Shown: positions 1 to 11,084 of the stretch, piece after piece | Numbering within the stretch: the first letter of the stretch is position 1 | Layout: every line of letters starts with the position of its first letter | Assembly (NCBI GenBank): GCA_031279415.1 | Contig: JAITIP010000025.1 | Location: forward strand, 11,060 to 75,059 | DNA length: 64,000 nt | Direction: 5' to 3' | DNA from: Candidatus Endomicrobium procryptotermitis | Lineage (GTDB): Bacteria > Elusimicrobiota > Endomicrobiia > Endomicrobiales > Endomicrobiaceae | Notes under the pieces: model-generated | What the model saw: only the letters and a program-made list of their open reading frames with translations | Told to the model about the DNA's origin: nothing | The model's database searches: none | Position numbers and translations under genes: made by a program

Positions 1-495
1 TTTGTAGTTTGTCAGTTTTTTTACTCCGGACTGCGGAATATCCGGTTGAGTTATACGGGATTGTTTTTGTTTGTCAACCTTAAAATATTCATTACGTATT
101 CTGGAAGTTATCCATATATATTTAATATCATTAGGCAGGGCAAATGCATAGCTGTAAGCTTGCTTAATGGCTGCCTGAAATTCAAGTTCTGTGATTTCTT
201 GATGCTTGCATTCGACTAAAATATATGGCTGCATGCATTCGTCGTCATTATAAACAACGATGTCTGCTTCTTTAGTTAGAGTTCCCATTTTTACCGGAAC
301 ATATAATTTAATACGTTGAGGCTTATAATGATATTTAAAAATCAGTTTTAAATAAGATTCTGCTTGTATTGCTTCTTCAGGATTTGTGAAGAGTCGTTTT
401 TTGTTGTTTTGAAAAATATATGTAATAAATCTCCTTTCTTTTTCATCGTCAAAAGAGATTAAACCTTTTTTTAACCCTTCAGCAATTAAATCCAT
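1..495 (-). CDS. Restriction-enzyme N-terminal (HsdR_N-like, PD-(D/E)XK) domain protein; 3' end cut by window edge
   Basis: Open minus-strand frame from ATG at 495..493 down to position 1. It is absent from the ORF track because it runs off the window. Translation MDLIAEGLKKGL...KEADIVVYNDDECMQPYILVECKHQE has the D-x(n)-E-x-K core typical of type I/IIG restriction enzyme N-termini. Confidence 0.5.
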   Translation of the reverse strand, partial: MDLIAEGLKKGLISFDDEKERRFITYIFQNNKKRLFTNPEEAIQAESYLKLIFKYHYKPQRIKLYVPVKMGTLTKEADIVVYNDDECMQPYILVECKHQEITELEFQAAIKQAYSYAFALPNDIKYIWITSRIRNEYFKVDKQKQSRITQPDIPQSGVKKLTNYK

Positions 496-580
496 GTAAG
501 CTCCATATTTATTTTATGATATAGTGGCGGCAAAGCAGTATTTTATTTCTATTGCTTTATAATTATTATTAAATCAAATA

Positions 581-1957
581 TCATTTCCCGATACAAAAGT
601 TTTTGAAAATAGTATCCAGAATATCGTGTGGTGTATTTATTCCCAAAATGTCTTCAAGGGCTGTTACGGCATTTCTAATTTCAAAACAGGCAATTTCATC
701 TTCGCCGTTTGAATCCACAATTTTTTTAGCTTTTTCAATGCTGTTTTGCACTTCAGTTAAAAGAGCGAAATACCTTGAATTTATAAGCAAATATTCATTA
801 TTTAAATCCGAAATTCCGGCATAGCTTGCAATAGTATCCATAATTGCCGCAATGCCTAAACCAGATATAGTTGAAACATTTAAAAATATATTAAAATTTC
901 CTAAATCTCTTATATCTTTTTCATTAATTTTAGTGGGCAGGTCGCACTTATTAAGTACACCTATTATATATGAGTTTAAACATAATGTGTTCAAATATTG
1001 TGCAATTATAATATCATTTTTATCCAATTCTAAAGAAGAATCAAAAGTCCATATCAAAATATCGGATTTATTTGCTGCTTCTTTTGACCGTTCCTGACCT
1101 AAAACTTCAATAGAACTGTTTGTATGACTTCTTAAACCCGCAGTATCTATTATTGTAAGCGGTATGCCGCGGCAATCTATGGTTTCTTCAATTGTATCGG
1201 TTGTAGTTCCTGCAATTTCAGTTACTATGGCGCGGTTTTTACCTAAAATTGCATTAAGAAGTGAAGATTTACCGGAATTAGGTTTTCCTATAATGGCGGC
1301 TTTTAACCCCTTTTGAAGAGTTTTGCTTATTTTATAGCTGTCAAGCAGCTTTTTATTTTCATTTATTGCCGAAACTATCATTTCTTGTTTCTGTTCGGTA
1401 TTCATAAATGGAATATCGTCTTCTGGATAATCTAAAGAAGCTTCAAGATAAGCGAGCAAATCTATAATAGAATCTTTAATTTTTATGACTTTATTTGAAA
1501 ATTCGCCCGCAACATTATTTAAAGCCGCTTTTGCGGCAATTTCAGTTTTACTTGTTATTAAAGCGCAAACCGCTTCTGCTTCAGCAAGATCTTTTTTCCC
1601 ATTTATAAAAGCTCTATAAGTAAACTCTCCAGGCGCAGCTGCCCGCACGCCATTTTTGTATAAAATATTTAAAATTTTGTTGATTATTACAGGATTGCCG
1701 TGTACGGATATTTCGACCAGATTTTCGCCCGTATAAGTTGCAGGCGCTTTAAAAAAAGTGCAAAGCGTTTCATCGACTTTATCATTTCCGTCAAAAATAT
1801 ATCCATGCTTTACCTGCTTTTCAAAATTAGAAGAAGGATGAAAAAGTTTTTGTACGATTTCAAAACTTTGATTTCCGCTAACACGTATTACGGCGATTGC
1901 TGATTGCCCTGCGGCTGTCGAAAGCGCAGTTATGGTATCTTCGCTTAAATATTTCAT
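581..1957 (-). CDS. mnmE: tRNA modification GTPase MnmE (TrmE)
   Basis: 458 aa. G-domain motifs GKPNSGKSSLLN and DTAGLR, plus the conserved C-terminal FCIGK motif. Confidence 0.95.
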   Translation of the reverse strand: MKYLSEDTITALSTAAGQSAIAVIRVSGNQSFEIVQKLFHPSSNFEKQVKHGYIFDGNDKVDETLCTFFKAPATYTGENLVEISVHGNPVIINKILNILYKNGVRAAAPGEFTYRAFINGKKDLAEAEAVCALITSKTEIAAKAALNNVAGEFSNKVIKIKDSIIDLLAYLEASLDYPEDDIPFMNTEQKQEMIVSAINENKKLLDSYKISKTLQKGLKAAIIGKPNSGKSSLLNAILGKNRAIVTEIAGTTTDTIEETIDCRGIPLTIIDTAGLRSHTNSSIEVLGQERSKEAANKSDILIWTFDSSLELDKNDIIIAQYLNTLCLNSYIIGVLNKCDLPTKINEKDIRDLGNFNIFLNVSTISGLGIAAIMDTIASYAGISDLNNEYLLINSRYFALLTEVQNSIEKAKKIVDSNGEDEIACFEIRNAVTALEDILGINTPHDILDTIFKNFCIGK

Positions 1958-2088
1958 GATTGTTAATTATATAAAAAAAATGTGAATGGCAGAAGCCTGA
2001 AAAGTGAAAATTTTGGTCAATGCCGGCCATCTTGACTGCTTGCCTAAAATGGAATTTTAATGTATCTTTTATTAAAAGGAGGTATACA

Positions 2089-2730
2089 ATGATTAAAAAA
2101 GGATTATTGGCATTTTCGCTGTTGTTTTTGTTTTCGGCAGCCGCCTTTTCAGATACGGCAAGACCGTATATAGGTTTTAAAGGCGCTGTTTCTTTTATTG
2201 AATCAAACTTCGATTTAGGATATTATTATGATTACCATCGCAGGCATTATTATAACAATTATTATTACGAAGACAGATATTATGATAAAAGTACCGACAC
2301 AGTTTTTGCCGGTTCGGCGGCTTTAGGCGTGAAAGTCCTAAAATATACGAGATTTGAGGTTGAATATACGCACAGAACAGAAGCAAAACAAAGTTACAGG
2401 TGGTTTCCAGATATTAAACAAGAATTTGATTCGTTTATGGCAAACGTTTTTTTCGATCTTGACATGACTCCCTCATTTGTTCCGTATATGGGATTCGGGC
2501 TGGGGCTGACACATGTCGAAGATAAAATTTTTTATACGGGAACAAAAAAACAAAAATCTGACGACTGTTTTTCCGCAAGCATCGATTTTGGAATATCGTT
2601 TGTTCTTACAAAACATTTAAACTTAGATGTCGGATGCAGAGTAATATATTTAGGCGCCTCTGACATCGAATATGAAGATTATTATATGTATGCGGTAGAT
2701 TTATATTCTGGTCTGAGATTGACAATTTAA
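2089..2730 (+). CDS. Small outer-membrane beta-barrel protein (OmpW/opacity-porin-like) with a Tyr-rich loop
   Basis: An AGGAGG RBS precedes the ATG at 2089 (the ORF track starts at 2020). Signal peptide MIKKGLLAFSLLFLFSAAAFS. Alternating hydrophobic strands. Low-complexity YYYDYHRRHYYNNYYYEDRYYD segment. Confidence 0.7.
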   Translation: MIKKGLLAFSLLFLFSAAAFSDTARPYIGFKGAVSFIESNFDLGYYYDYHRRHYYNNYYYEDRYYDKSTDTVFAGSAALGVKVLKYTRFEVEYTHRTEAKQSYRWFPDIKQEFDSFMANVFFDLDMTPSFVPYMGFGLGLTHVEDKIFYTGTKKQKSDDCFSASIDFGISFVLTKHLNLDVGCRVIYLGASDIEYEDYYMYAVDLYSGLRLTI

Positions 2731-2861
2731 TAAAAGCTTCTAATCTTCTAAATTCCCGCCGTTACTAAGCCGCTGTTTTTCTAATTGTCTGCAAGGACTG
2801 CTGTCTGTTAAGACTGCTGTCTGTCAAGGCTTTTTTGATATAATAACTTTTATATGAATAA

Positions 2862-5800
2862 ATGAGGGGTAAAAAAGTGCCAAAAGAATCACAAGAAATA
2901 TTTAAATCAGGTCTTGATATAGGTTCGACAACAGTAAAACTGTCGGTTCTCAATGAAAAAAACGAGCAGGTTTATCATAATTATAAAAGACATCAGCTTG
3001 ATCTTTTAAATACCGTCTTAAGTCTTATAGATGAAACGCCGAAAGAATTGTGGGCTGCAAAAATGACAATCTGTGCCACGGGTTCAGGAGCAATTGCGTT
3101 ATCGCAAAAAGCAAAAATAGGTTTTGAACAAGAAGTTATTGCCTGTAGTAAAGCCATAAAAACTTTTTTGCCGAAAACTGACGTTGCTATAGAGCTTGGC
3201 GGTGAAGACGCCAAAATAACTTTTTTTGATGCATCTTCAATAGACCAGAGAATGAACGAAACCTGTGCAGGCGGCACAGGAGCGTTTATCGACCAAATGG
3301 CACAGGCTTTAAAAACGGACGCTTTTGGAATCAATGAACTTGCAAAAAATCATAAAACTATTTATCCGATAGCGGCGCGCTGCGGCGTTTTTGCAAAAAC
3401 TGACATAATGCCGCTGCTCAACGAAGGAGCGGCAAAAGAAGATATTGCAGCAAGCATTTTACAGGCTGTTGTAAACCAGACTATCGGAGGACTAGCAAGG
3501 GGAAGAACTATAAGCGGAAACGTCTGTTTTCTTGGCGGGCCGCTTTTCTTTTTGTCTGAACTTAGAAAAATTTTCATAAAATCTCTTAAGCTTGCCCCTG
3601 AAAACGTATTGTTTCCGGACAATGCGCATTTTTTTGTTTCTTTTGGAGCGGCATTATTGAGCGGCGGTGAAGAAATTACGCTTTCCGAACTCAGAACAAA
3701 ATTTGAAAGTCTAAAAGACCAGACTTTACATCAAAGTTCAGACTTAATTTCTCCTTTATTTAAAAATGAGGCTGAATTTGAAGCCTTTATAAAAAGACAT
3801 GCTAAAACCGCGGCAAAAAGACAAAATCTTCAACAATATAAAAATGATTTGTTTTTAGGCGTTGATGCTGGTTCTACAACAACAAAAGCCGTTCTGCTTA
3901 CAAACAATAAAGAAATAGCTTATTCGCATTACGGTTCAAACAATGGTAATCCGCTGCAATCAGCAGCAGATATTCTCAAAGATATTTATTCCAAACTTCC
4001 CGAAGGCGCGTATATTGCCAGTTCTTGTGTTACAGGTTACGGCGAAGCGCTGATTAAAGCCGCTCTTGGCTTTGATGAAGGTGTGGTTGAAACAATAGCG
4101 CATTATAAAGCTGCACATCATTTTAATCCGCAGGTTTCTTTTATTCTTGACATCGGTGGGCAGGACATGAAATGCATATATGTTAAAAACGGGCTGATAG
4201 ATAAAATAGTTTTAAACGAAGCTTGTTCTTCCGGCTGCGGTTCGTTTATACAGAATTTTGCCGAATCTTTAAATTACAGCATTGAAAATTTTGCAAAACT
4301 GGCACTGTTTTCCAAAAAGCCTGTTGATTTAGGGTCAAGATGCACGGTTTTTATGAACTCAAAAATTAAGCAGGCGCAGAAAGAAGGAGCTGCCGCTGGA
4401 GACATTTCCGCCGGACTTGATTATTCGGTTATAAAAAACGCTCTATATAAAGTTATTAAAATTTCAAATCCACAGGAACTCGGCGGTAATATCGTCGTGC
4501 AGGGTGGAACGTTTTTTAATAACGGCGTTTTGCGGGCTGCAGAAGTTCTTTTAAACACCGAGGTTACGCGGCCAGACATCGCCGGTCTTATGGGCGCGTT
4601 TGGAGCGGGAATCATAGCGATGCAAAATAAAAAATCTTCAACATCTATTATAAATAAAGAAATGCTTAAAAAATTCAGCTGTAAAATGAGAAACACACGC
4701 TGTAAAGGCTGCGAAAACAGATGTTTGTTAAATATCAGCGTTTTTCCTGATGGAAAGACGTTCATATCGGGGAACAGATGCGAAAACTTTCTTCAGAATA
4801 AAAAAGTGCAAAACTTTGAGTTCAATATGTTTGATTACAAATATAATCGACTTTTTGATTTTTATAAACCGCTTCCAGCGGAGAAAGCATTGCGCGGCGA
4901 AATCGGCATACCGCGTGTTTTGAACATGTATGAAAATTATCCGTTCTGGTTTGCGTTTTTTACGAAACTGGGTTTTAGGGTAGTACTTTCGGATCCTTCA
5001 TCAAACGCTCTGTTCAACGAAGGGTTAAAAAGCATACCTTCACAAACTGTTTGTTTCCCCGCAAAAATAGTGCACGGGCATATAGAAAATCTCGTGGGTA
5101 AAGGTGTAAAAACAATTTTTTATCCGTGTATCCCTTTTGAAGTAAAAGAGTTTAAAGATGCGGACAACCATTATAATTGTCCGGTTGTGGGAAGCTATCC
5201 TGAAGTAGTACGTTTAAATATGGGAATTCTCGAAGAAAAAAATGTAAAATTTTTGCAGCCTTTTCTTCCTTTTGACAATATAAAAAGATTGATTTACAGG
5301 CTGGCGGAAGAGTTAAAAGATTTTAAAATATTGAAAAAAGAGCTGATTTTTGCCGTTCTTCGTGGCAGGGCGGCATTAAATTTGTTTAAAAAAGATATAA
5401 GGCAGCAAGGCGCAAGACTTATAAAAGAAATTAAAGAAACAGGAAAACCGGCGGTAATTCTGGCTGGCAGACCTTATCATATTGACCCGGCGATAAATCA
5501 CGGCGTGGCTGATTTAATCGCTTCTCACGGAATGATAGTTTTAAGCGAAGATTCTGTCGCACATTTGTCGGGCGTTTTGCCCAGAATCAATTTTGTAGAT
5601 CAATGGATGTATCATTCGCGTTTATACCGCGCTGCAAATCTGGTCACAAAAATTGACAGTATTGAACTTATACAGCTCAATTCTTTTGGCTGCGGTTTGG
5701 ATGCGATTACTACAGAACAAGTTGAAGAAATTCTTTCGAAATCTGGAAAAATATATACAGTTTTAAAAATTGACGAAGGCTCAAATCTCGGAGCGGTAAA

Positions 5801-7112
5801 AATAAGAATCCGTTCTCTTCTTGCTGCGATAAAAGAAAGAAAAGGCTTAAAATTCGGTGATAATATTTTTGAAGGCACAAAATTTGCAGAATTTACCAAA
5901 GACATGAAAGATTCATATACCATACTTGCGCCGCAGATGTCGCCGATACATTTTCGTCTTGCTGGCGCTGTAATGCGTGGACACGGTATAAAAATTGAAA
6001 TTCTGCCAAAAGTCAACAAAGCCGACATTGAAGAAGGACTGCGTTATGTAAACAATGACGCATGTTATCCTACCATAGTAGTAGTTGGCCAGCTTATAAA
6101 TGCTTTAAAGTCCGGCAAATACGATATAAACAAAACCGCGATGATAATTTCCCAGACAGGAGGCGGATGCCGCGCGACAAATTATGCGGCTTTTTTAAGA
6201 AAAGCGGCTGAAAAAGCGGGTTTTAAAAATGTTCCAGTTATTTCTCTAAGTACCACAAATCAGGATTTAAATAAACAGTTAGGCGTAACTTTAGGAATGC
6301 TTAAAGATGCTCTTTTGGTTTTACTTTACGGTGATTTGCTTATGAGACTTTCAAACCGCATGCGGCCTTATGAAGTTTATGCTGGACAAACTGGCGCTCT
6401 TGTTGAAACTTGGCTTATGCGTCTGTCAGATAGGATAAAAAAAACGTATTATTTCGAATTTAAAAAAACCGTCAAAAAAATAGTAAAAGATTTTGACGCT
6501 ATACCAATAAAAAAAATCAAAAAACCGCGCGTTGGAGTTGTCGGCGAAATTCTTGTAAAATTCCATCCAGACGCGAATAATAATCTCGTTTCGGTTCTTG
6601 AAAAAGAGGGTGCAGAAGCGATCGTGCCGGACATGACGGACTTTATAAATTATTGTATTCTTGACGATGTTTACAAACACAAATATCTTGCCGGCAGTTT
6701 TAAAAACAGGGCGATTTCATGGCTTGCAAGCGGATATATTGAAAGGCTTCGTTCGATTATACGAAAGTCGCTCAGAAAAAGCAGACATTTCGAATCGTAT
6801 CATACTACAAAAGAGCTTGCTTCGAAAGCTTCCGAAATAATTTCGGTCTGCAATCAAACCGGCGAAGGCTGGCTTTTAACTGCAGAAATGCTTGAACTTA
6901 TAGAAGACGGCGTAAACAACATAGTCTGCGTACAGCCTTTTGGCTGTCTGCCCAACCATATTACAGGAAAGGGTGTAATGAAAGAACTTAAAAAAAGATA
7001 TGCCGACATCAATATTTCCGCTGTTGACTACGATCCCGGCGCAAGCGAAGTAAATCAGATAAACAGAATAAAACTCATGATGTCTGTAGCCCATCAACAA
7101 AATGACAGCTGA
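2862..7112 (+). CDS. Giant fusion: two BcrAD/BadFG-type (ASKHA) activase ATPase modules plus a 2-hydroxyacyl-CoA dehydratase-like / DUF2229-like C-terminal half
   Basis: 1416 aa. Two phosphate-1 motifs, GLDIGSTTVK (about aa 18) and GVDAGSTTTK (about aa 333). Cys-rich linker CKGCENRC. The C-terminal half matches recalled dehydratase-component-like sequence (E. coli YjiL/YjiM-type partners are fused here). Confidence 0.8.
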   Translation: MRGKKVPKESQEIFKSGLDIGSTTVKLSVLNEKNEQVYHNYKRHQLDLLNTVLSLIDETPKELWAAKMTICATGSGAIALSQKAKIGFEQEVIACSKAIKTFLPKTDVAIELGGEDAKITFFDASSIDQRMNETCAGGTGAFIDQMAQALKTDAFGINELAKNHKTIYPIAARCGVFAKTDIMPLLNEGAAKEDIAASILQAVVNQTIGGLARGRTISGNVCFLGGPLFFLSELRKIFIKSLKLAPENVLFPDNAHFFVSFGAALLSGGEEITLSELRTKFESLKDQTLHQSSDLISPLFKNEAEFEAFIKRHAKTAAKRQNLQQYKNDLFLGVDAGSTTTKAVLLTNNKEIAYSHYGSNNGNPLQSAADILKDIYSKLPEGAYIASSCVTGYGEALIKAALGFDEGVVETIAHYKAAHHFNPQVSFILDIGGQDMKCIYVKNGLIDKIVLNEACSSGCGSFIQNFAESLNYSIENFAKLALFSKKPVDLGSRCTVFMNSKIKQAQKEGAAAGDISAGLDYSVIKNALYKVIKISNPQELGGNIVVQGGTFFNNGVLRAAEVLLNTEVTRPDIAGLMGAFGAGIIAMQNKKSSTSIINKEMLKKFSCKMRNTRCKGCENRCLLNISVFPDGKTFISGNRCENFLQNKKVQNFEFNMFDYKYNRLFDFYKPLPAEKALRGEIGIPRVLNMYENYPFWFAFFTKLGFRVVLSDPSSNALFNEGLKSIPSQTVCFPAKIVHGHIENLVGKGVKTIFYPCIPFEVKEFKDADNHYNCPVVGSYPEVVRLNMGILEEKNVKFLQPFLPFDNIKRLIYRLAEELKDFKILKKELIFAVLRGRAALNLFKKDIRQQGARLIKEIKETGKPAVILAGRPYHIDPAINHGVADLIASHGMIVLSEDSVAHLSGVLPRINFVDQWMYHSRLYRAANLVTKIDSIELIQLNSFGCGLDAITTEQVEEILSKSGKIYTVLKIDEGSNLGAVKIRIRSLLAAIKERKGLKFGDNIFEGTKFAEFTKDMKDSYTILAPQMSPIHFRLAGAVMRGHGIKIEILPKVNKADIEEGLRYVNNDACYPTIVVVGQLINALKSGKYDINKTAMIISQTGGGCRATNYAAFLRKAAEKAGFKNVPVISLSTTNQDLNKQLGVTLGMLKDALLVLLYGDLLMRLSNRMRPYEVYAGQTGALVETWLMRLSDRIKKTYYFEFKKTVKKIVKDFDAIPIKKIKKPRVGVVGEILVKFHPDANNNLVSVLEKEGAEAIVPDMTDFINYCILDDVYKHKYLAGSFKNRAISWLASGYIERLRSIIRKSLRKSRHFESYHTTKELASKASEIISVCNQTGEGWLLTAEMLELIEDGVNNIVCVQPFGCLPNHITGKGVMKELKKRYADINISAVDYDPGASEVNQINRIKLMMSVAHQQNDS

Positions 7113-7147
7113 CAGAATTTGCTGTTTAATTTCCACAGGATTTTAAT

Positions 7148-7603
7148 GTGAATAAAACTGCATGGCATGTTTTAATAACTGCTGCCATAGCCGAAATAAT
7201 AATGTTTTGTTCTCTTATCTTGAGGCATATGTTTAATGTGGAAAATGCCGCAAAAGGATATTTGTACATTTTTGTATTAATATTTTTTTATTTGTCGATT
7301 TTAAGAATAGTTAAATCTTATAATACAGCACTTACCATTTCCCTGACTGCCGCTGGTTTTTTGGCGTTTAAATTTATCTATTCAATAATCAACCCGGCAG
7401 CGATTGCAAGCTTTTTATTTTGCGAAATATCTTTTTTTACTTATACATTTACCACGGCCAAAGGACTGAAACATAATCAGGATAAACATTTCATAATTTT
7501 GTCTCTATTACTGTATGTCTGCGCCATATATTTTTCCCCGTATGCGATAATTTTGCCATTTTTTATTTATGCTTATAAGAAAGCGAGAAAGGCTGAAGAA
7601 TAG
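7148..7603 (+). CDS. Hypothetical polytopic membrane protein
   Basis: 151 aa with a GTG start. About 4-5 hydrophobic helices. No recognisable family. Confidence 0.45.
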   Translation: MNKTAWHVLITAAIAEIIMFCSLILRHMFNVENAAKGYLYIFVLIFFYLSILRIVKSYNTALTISLTAAGFLAFKFIYSIINPAAIASFLFCEISFFTYTFTTAKGLKHNQDKHFIILSLLLYVCAIYFSPYAIILPFFIYAYKKARKAEE

Positions 7604-7750
7604 AGGATTAAAGATTGGAAGCTTCTGACATTCTTCCTTTTTACTAATTATAAAAAATTTGTAAATAAATTAAAATTCATTGAAATTTCATTTATTTTAA
7701 ATTAATATTATTCTAAATTACTAAAAATAAATTTTGTAGGAGGGGTTGCT

Positions 7751-9067
7751 ATGCAGTTACCTGAAAAAGTGAATTTTAACTGGCAGTCTGTTCTTCAAAA
7801 AGCGTTACTTGACAATACCATAAATATTCATGAGATAGCTGCAGAAAACAGCGAAATAGCCGCAGAGCTTAAAAATGCAAATGATTCTTACGAATATTGG
7901 GATAAAGCAAAATATACTGTTCTGCCGGAAAATATATCTCCAGAACTATTTTGGTCAATATTAAAGTTCAAGCGCTGCGGACTGTATGCGGAAAAAATAA
8001 AACTCGGCTTAAACATTTTTAAATATCTGATAAATCCAGAAATTTTAAGAAAAATGGCATTTGTACAAACGTTTAACGCGAATATGAATCTTTCGCTTGA
8101 TGAAGAAAATGAATATTTTGCAAATACGAAAATGGAAGAAGCGATAGCGTCAAGCAAACTCGAAGGAGCAGATGTCGTAAGAGAAACGGCTAAAGAAATG
8201 TTACGCGCAAATATTCCCGCGGCAAATGAAAGCGAACAAACGGTAATTTGCAGTTATAAAGCATTGAATTTTATTGAAAAACATGCCGATGAGAAACTTT
8301 CCGTAAATTTCATAAAAAAGATTTATTCCATAGTAATGAACTTAAACGATACGGAAGTTTTCAGAAAAGACACACAGAATGTGCGGGTTGCAGATATAAG
8401 AGATAACGAAGTTTTGTATAAGCCGCCGCAAGCCACAGATATTGAAATGCTGTTGAATTCGCTTTGTGATTATGCAAATATGCAAACCGATGCAGACGAT
8501 ATAATAAAAGCCGCAATAATACATTTTTTATTTATTTATATACATCCTTTTAATGCAGGAAACGGAAAGATGGCAAGAATTTTGTTTTATTGGTATGCGT
8601 TCAAAAACGGCTTAAACGCATTTAAATATCTTACCATTTCTAAAGTTTTGCGTATGATGCCTACACAATATGCTAAAGCTTTTTTGTATGTCGGAATCGA
8701 TGAAAAAGATATCACATATTTCATCAATTTTACCCTTGACGTTTGTTTTGAAGCGATAAATAATTTCAAAAATTTTTTGGAAAAAAAGAATGCCGCGGAT
8801 TGTACAAATGTTTTAATAAACGCAGAAATAAAACTCAATATAAGACATCAAAGCATTATCAGAGAACTGTCCGAAAACCAAAATGCCAGAAATATTGAGT
8901 ATTTTAAAAATAAGCTTGGCATCGTATATGAAACCGCCAGAAAAGATTTAATGTACCTTGCAAAAAAAGGTTTTCTTACAAAAAGAAAAAAAGGGAAAGA
9001 ATTTATATATTCTTTAAGAAAAAAATTGCTAAAAAAGCTGCAAAAAACACAAAATCCAAACAGTTAA
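7751..9067 (+). CDS. Fic/DOC family protein (class II, with N-terminal inhibitory motif and C-terminal wHTH-like tail)
   Basis: 438 aa. Fic core HPFNAGNGKMAR is a variant of HxFx(D/E)GNGRxxR. The upstream SSKLEG fits the (S/T)xxxE(G/N) inhibitory helix motif. An AGGAGG RBS is present. Confidence 0.85.
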   Translation: MQLPEKVNFNWQSVLQKALLDNTINIHEIAAENSEIAAELKNANDSYEYWDKAKYTVLPENISPELFWSILKFKRCGLYAEKIKLGLNIFKYLINPEILRKMAFVQTFNANMNLSLDEENEYFANTKMEEAIASSKLEGADVVRETAKEMLRANIPAANESEQTVICSYKALNFIEKHADEKLSVNFIKKIYSIVMNLNDTEVFRKDTQNVRVADIRDNEVLYKPPQATDIEMLLNSLCDYANMQTDADDIIKAAIIHFLFIYIHPFNAGNGKMARILFYWYAFKNGLNAFKYLTISKVLRMMPTQYAKAFLYVGIDEKDITYFINFTLDVCFEAINNFKNFLEKKNAADCTNVLINAEIKLNIRHQSIIRELSENQNARNIEYFKNKLGIVYETARKDLMYLAKKGFLTKRKKGKEFIYSLRKKLLKKLQKTQNPNS

Positions 9068-9118
9068 ACTTTTTTGCCTTCCAAGTTTATAATCTTATAA
9101 ATTTCTGCCTTTCTGGTG

Positions 9119-11083
9119 TTAATCATGCCTTAAAGCATCTATAGGATTGAGGAGTGAAGCTTTTCTGGCGGGCCATACTCCAAAAATTAAACCTGTAAAA
9201 GCCGAAAAACAAAAAGCAAGCGTTACCGAAAAAGAAGTTATTGCGGTAGTCCAGCCTGCGGCTTTGCTTATTATCATAGATACGCCGCCGCCAAAAATTA
9301 TTCCGATAATTCCTCCTGCGCAGCATACCACTACTGATTCTATTATAAACTGGAAAAGAATATCGGCATTATTGGCGCCGATGGCTTTTCTTAAACCTAT
9401 TTCTTTTGTTCTTTCTGAAACCGAAACAAACATTATATTCATAATTCCTATACCGCCTACAAGTAAACTTATGAAAGCGATAGAACCTAAAAGCAGTGAA
9501 AATGCTTTTGTCATTGACGACATCGTTTCCTGTATTTCCGCCATATTCCTGACTCTGACGGCTTCGGTTTGGTTAGGAAGAAATCTGTGCGTAAATAAAA
9601 GACGCTGCACTATGTCGTCGGCTACTTCGTTCATGTCGGCATTTTCTTTTACCTGAATATCCATGCTGTTTAAATATTCCGTGCCAAGAACTCTGTGCAT
9701 TGAAGAATTTAAAGGTATAATAACTTTATCATCTTCATCTCTCCAGCCGCTCGAACCTTTTACCGCCAAAATTCCTATTACTTGAAAATCTATTCTGTTA
9801 ATTTTTATATATTCTCCTATAGGATCAAAATTTTCGTCACCCCATATCTCTTTTATTACGGTTTTTCCCAGCAGTGCGACTCTTTTTTTCTCAATATTTT
9901 CTTGTTCAGTAAAAAATCTTCCTTTTTCAGGCAGAGAATTTCTCATTTCTGCATAATCGACTGAAACGCCTTCAAGTCTTGTGTTGTAATTGTTTCCGTT
10001 GGCGACAACTTGTATTCTGCCGTTAGCGTATCCAGTTATGCCGACAATGTTGGGAACGCTTCTTTTTAAATCAGCAATGTCATCATGCAGAAAACGCATT
10101 CTCGAACCGGCTTCCGCAGCAATGCCTCCTCTTTGTGCAGTTCCCGGAAAAACCATAAGCAAATTTGATCCCATGCTTGCCACCTGGTCTTCAATGGCTT
10201 TTTGTGCACCGCTTCCTACGGCGAGCATTGAGATTAAGCTTGCCACTCCTATCATAACTCCGAGTATGGAAAGTACGGAACGCATTTTGTTTCCGACCAG
10301 AGAACGGAAAGCCTGAATGAAATAATCTTTAATTCTTGAAAAAGAAAAAACTTTATGCGTAAAAGCTTGAGTTTCTCCGTTTCGTTTTGAGACGGCTGTT
10401 TCTTTTTTCTTTTCGTCATCTGTAACGAGACCGTCCTGTACTCTTATAGTTCTTGTGGCATAAGAGGCAAGTTCCGGCTCGTGAGTTACCATGATTATTG
10501 TTATGCCGGCATTGTTTAAATCTTTCAATATCTGAATAATTTCTCTTGTCGATTTTGTATCTAAGTTTCCGGTAGGTTCATCAGCAAAAATTATAAGAGG
10601 CTTGTTTATAAGTGAACGTGCAATCGCAACCCTCTGCTGCTGGCCCCCGGAAAGTTCGTTCGGACGATGGTACATTCTTTCTTTAAGTCCGACAAGCTCC
10701 AGAAGTTTTTTAGGGTCTTCATGATTGTGTTCATCTTTTGAATTTGCGTATATTATCGGAAGAGAAACATTTTCTGCGGCTGTAAGTTTTGACAGGAGAT
10801 TAAACTGTTGGAAAATAAAACCTAAAAAATGGTTTCTCAGTGCAGCAAGTTCGTCATCGCTATATTTTGATATTTCTATTCCCGCAATCTTAAACGAACC
10901 AGAACTGGGTTTGTCCAAAAGTCCCAATATATTTAAAAGCGTAGATTTTCCACTTCCAGATGGACCCATTATCACGACAAATTCACCCTGTGATATTTCA
11001 AGGTTGATTCCGTGAAGCACCGGAACGTCAAGCTTTTCAAGATGGTAGGTTTTTTTCAGGTCTTTTAATTCTATTACTTTCAT
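9119..11083 (-). CDS. macB: MacB-type ABC transporter (fused ATPase + FtsX-like permease)
   Basis: 654 aa. Walker [10 protein letters not shown], signature LSGGQQQR, Walker B IIFADEPT. The C-terminal half has 4 TM segments and is permease-like. Confidence 0.9.
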   Translation of the reverse strand: MKVIELKDLKKTYHLEKLDVPVLHGINLEISQGEFVVIMGPSGSGKSTLLNILGLLDKPSSGSFKIAGIEISKYSDDELAALRNHFLGFIFQQFNLLSKLTAAENVSLPIIYANSKDEHNHEDPKKLLELVGLKERMYHRPNELSGGQQQRVAIARSLINKPLIIFADEPTGNLDTKSTREIIQILKDLNNAGITIIMVTHEPELASYATRTIRVQDGLVTDDEKKKETAVSKRNGETQAFTHKVFSFSRIKDYFIQAFRSLVGNKMRSVLSILGVMIGVASLISMLAVGSGAQKAIEDQVASMGSNLLMVFPGTAQRGGIAAEAGSRMRFLHDDIADLKRSVPNIVGITGYANGRIQVVANGNNYNTRLEGVSVDYAEMRNSLPEKGRFFTEQENIEKKRVALLGKTVIKEIWGDENFDPIGEYIKINRIDFQVIGILAVKGSSGWRDEDDKVIIPLNSSMHRVLGTEYLNSMDIQVKENADMNEVADDIVQRLLFTHRFLPNQTEAVRVRNMAEIQETMSSMTKAFSLLLGSIAFISLLVGGIGIMNIMFVSVSERTKEIGLRKAIGANNADILFQFIIESVVVCCAGGIIGIIFGGGVSMIISKAAGWTTAITSFSVTLAFCFSAFTGLIFGVWPARKASLLNPIDALRHD

Positions 11084-11084
11084 T

